DNA of 47,509 nucleotides from Candidatus Eiseniibacteriota bacterium (GTDB lineage Bacteria; ARS69): NCBI GenBank assembly GCA_052390515.1, contig JBQTGV010000124.1, positions 1 to 47,509 of the forward strand, read 5' to 3'. Shown piece by piece: positions 45,956 to 47,509 of this stretch (position 1 is its first letter; each line of letters starts with the position of its first letter). The notes under the pieces were generated by a model. It saw only the letters and a program-made list of their open reading frames with translations, ran no database searches and was not told where the DNA came from. The position numbers and the translations under genes were made by a program.

Positions 45956-47181
45956 GGCACGAGCCTCGCCCAGCCGCAGCGCTCGAGGTCGAGCCACTCG
46001 CGGGCGGCGCTCTGCAGATCGTCCGGGCCGAACCGCGCGAGCCGGTGGACGACCTCGTCGCTATAGCCGACGTCGCCGTGCGCCTCGTGCCAGCCCAGCG
46101 CGAACCCACGGTTCGACGGGGACTGCAGGGCGAACAAGTGGTGAGCCTCCACCTGATTGAGCGCGCGCTCCAGCTCCTCGGCGCCGACGGGCTCGGTTCG
46201 CAGCTTCTCGATCTCGCCGCGCAGCACGGACTCGATCTCGTCGAGCGAGACCTCGGGCTGCCCCTCGACCGCCACGACGAGCGTCGATGGATCCGCCTTG
46301 GGATGGTACTGGACGGAGACGTCGCCGGCCCGGTTGGTCTCGACCAGGGCGAGGTCCAGCCGCGAGGTCTTCGTTCCGGAGAGGATGCCGGCCAGCAGGT
46401 ACAGCGCTTCGGAGCCGCGGCTGCGAATCTCCGGGGCGCGGAACAGCACGTGCAGCTGCGGAACGGCAGTGCGGCGGGAGAGCTCGATCCGGGTCGTGCG
46501 GGCCAGCGGCGGCTCCTTGGGCACGCGCGTCTCCGCGGCAGCTCCGGCCGGAAGCGCGCCGAAGTGTCGACCCGCGGCACGGAACACCTCGTCGGGGCTC
46601 ACGTCCCCGACCACCACGAGCGCCGCCGAGCTCGGCACGTAGTGCCGGCGGTAGTGGTCGAGCAGATCGTCGCGGGTGATCCCGCGGATGTCCGACTCCC
46701 AGCCGATGATGGGTACGCGGTACGGGCTCTCCCGGAACGTGGCGGCGACGAGCTCCTCGGAGACCTCCACCGCGGGCATGTCCAGGTACATGGTGCGCTC
46801 CTCCAGGACGACCTGGCGCTCGGCCTCCAGCTCGGCCGGATCGATGGCCAGATTCACCATCCGCTCCGCCTCGATCTCCAGCGCCAGCTCCCAGCGGTCC
46901 GCGGAGAACACCTCGTAGTACATGGTCACGTCCTCGGAGGTGAACGCGTTCAGCTCGCCGCCGTTTCGCTCCACCAGCGCGGCCACCTCGCCCTTCGCGT
47001 ACTTCTTCGTGCCCTTGAACATCATGTGCTCGAGCAGATGGCTGATCCCGGTGAGGCCGGGCCGTTCGTCCCGCGATCCCACGCGGTACACGATGCCCGC
47101 GAAGACGACGTTGCCGAGTCCTCGCCGCTCGGCGACGACGGTCAGTCCGTTGTCCAGCACGCGGCGTTCCGCTCCCATCAA
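45949..47181 (-). CDS. M16 (pitrilysin-family) zinc peptidase, catalytic subunit
   Basis: GSRDE..G.TGISHLLEHMMFKGT, NAFTS.D.T.Y, ERQVVLEE. Confidence 0.94.
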   Translation of the reverse strand: MMGAERRVLDNGLTVVAERRGLGNVVFAGIVYRVGSRDERPGLTGISHLLEHMMFKGTKKYAKGEVAALVERNGGELNAFTSEDVTMYYEVFSADRWELALEIEAERMVNLAIDPAELEAERQVVLEERTMYLDMPAVEVSEELVAATFRESPYRVPIIGWESDIRGITRDDLLDHYRRHYVPSSAALVVVGDVSPDEVFRAAGRHFGALPAGAAAETRVPKEPPLARTTRIELSRRTAVPQLHVLFRAPEIRSRGSEALYLLAGILSGTKTSRLDLALVETNRAGDVSVQYHPKADPSTLVVAVEGQPEVSLDEIESVLRGEIEKLRTEPVGAEELERALNQVEAHHLFALQSPSNRGFALGWHEAHGDVGYSDEVVHRLARFGPDDLQSAAREWLDLERCGWARLVPC

Positions 47182-47480
47182 CCGCCCTTCTCCTTTCGCG
47201 CCTTGCCCAGCACCCGGTGGATCTCCTCCATGAAGTGGTTCACGTCACGGAACTCGCGGTAGACGCTGGCGAACCGGACGTACGCTATCTGGTCCAGCCG
47301 GCCGAGCTCCTCCATGACGAGCTCGCCGATCTCGCGGCTCTCGATCTCGCTCTGCCCCATGGCCTGCACGGCCGCCTCCACGCGGTCGATCAACGCCTCG
47401 ACCTCCTCGCGCGGGATGGGCCGCTTCTCGCACGCCTTGGACACACCGCGATCCAGCTTCTGCCGCCGGAACGGTTCGCG
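47178..47480 (-). CDS. nrdR: Transcriptional repressor NrdR (5'-truncated)
   Basis: REPFRRQKL..G..KACEKRP ATP-cone, IGELVM..L..LD.IAYVRFASVYREF. Confidence 0.93.
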   Translation of the reverse strand, partial: REPFRRQKLDRGVSKACEKRPIPREEVEALIDRVEAAVQAMGQSEIESREIGELVMEELGRLDQIAYVRFASVYREFRDVNHFMEEIHRVLGKARKEKGG

Positions 47481-47509
47481 GTGTGTCCAAGGCGTGCGAG
47501 AAGCGGCCC
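47418..47509. repeat. 34-bp perfect inverted repeat (fold-back) at window end
   Basis: 47476-47509 is the exact reverse complement of 47418-47451. Confidence 0.9.

Noticed and set aside
1-47509. tRNA, rRNA, CRISPR, prophage, transposase or defence genes
   Set aside because: None recognised; nearly all sequence is accounted for by protein-coding genes.

Overview
High-GC (by eye ~70%), gene-dense bacterial chromosomal segment. A C-terminal TWGxxKxxYR tail and a FlgD/T9SS-like C-terminal domain on secreted proteins suggest an FCB-associated candidate phylum (Eisenbacteria/Krumholzibacteria/Latescibacteria-like; inference). Mostly housekeeping genes: mreBC, purBLQSF and purM, htrA, transaldolase, truA, ecfT, speA, lnt, apgM, rmuC, pfkB kinase, argS, rsfS, tatC, an M16 peptidase pair and nrdR. 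Also present are secreted or surface proteins, a YfhO plus alkaline-phosphatase/sulfatase lipoprotein cluster, and a polyprenyl synthase-apbE-NusG-II-Gx cluster resembling part of the Listeria flavin/EET locus. No tRNA, rRNA, CRISPR array or transposase was seen. The best candidate for an undescribed system is a minus-strand three-part module at 27619-30308. It comprises an uncharacterised protein with a LeuA-regulatory-like tandem domain, then an unannotated 24-aa glycine-zipper peptide ending in Trp (own RBS, 5' hairpin, intrinsic terminator), then a multi-TM membrane-sensor HD-GYP phosphodiesterase. This could be a peptide-controlled cyclic-dinucleotide signalling system. Other highlights: a two-copy MITE/REP-like element with co-varying terminal arms, a sensor-less sigma-54 activator preceded by its own -24/-12 promoter, a single-chain tandem PurS, an ArgRS with a degenerate HIGH motif, and a fold-back artefact at the right end of the window.
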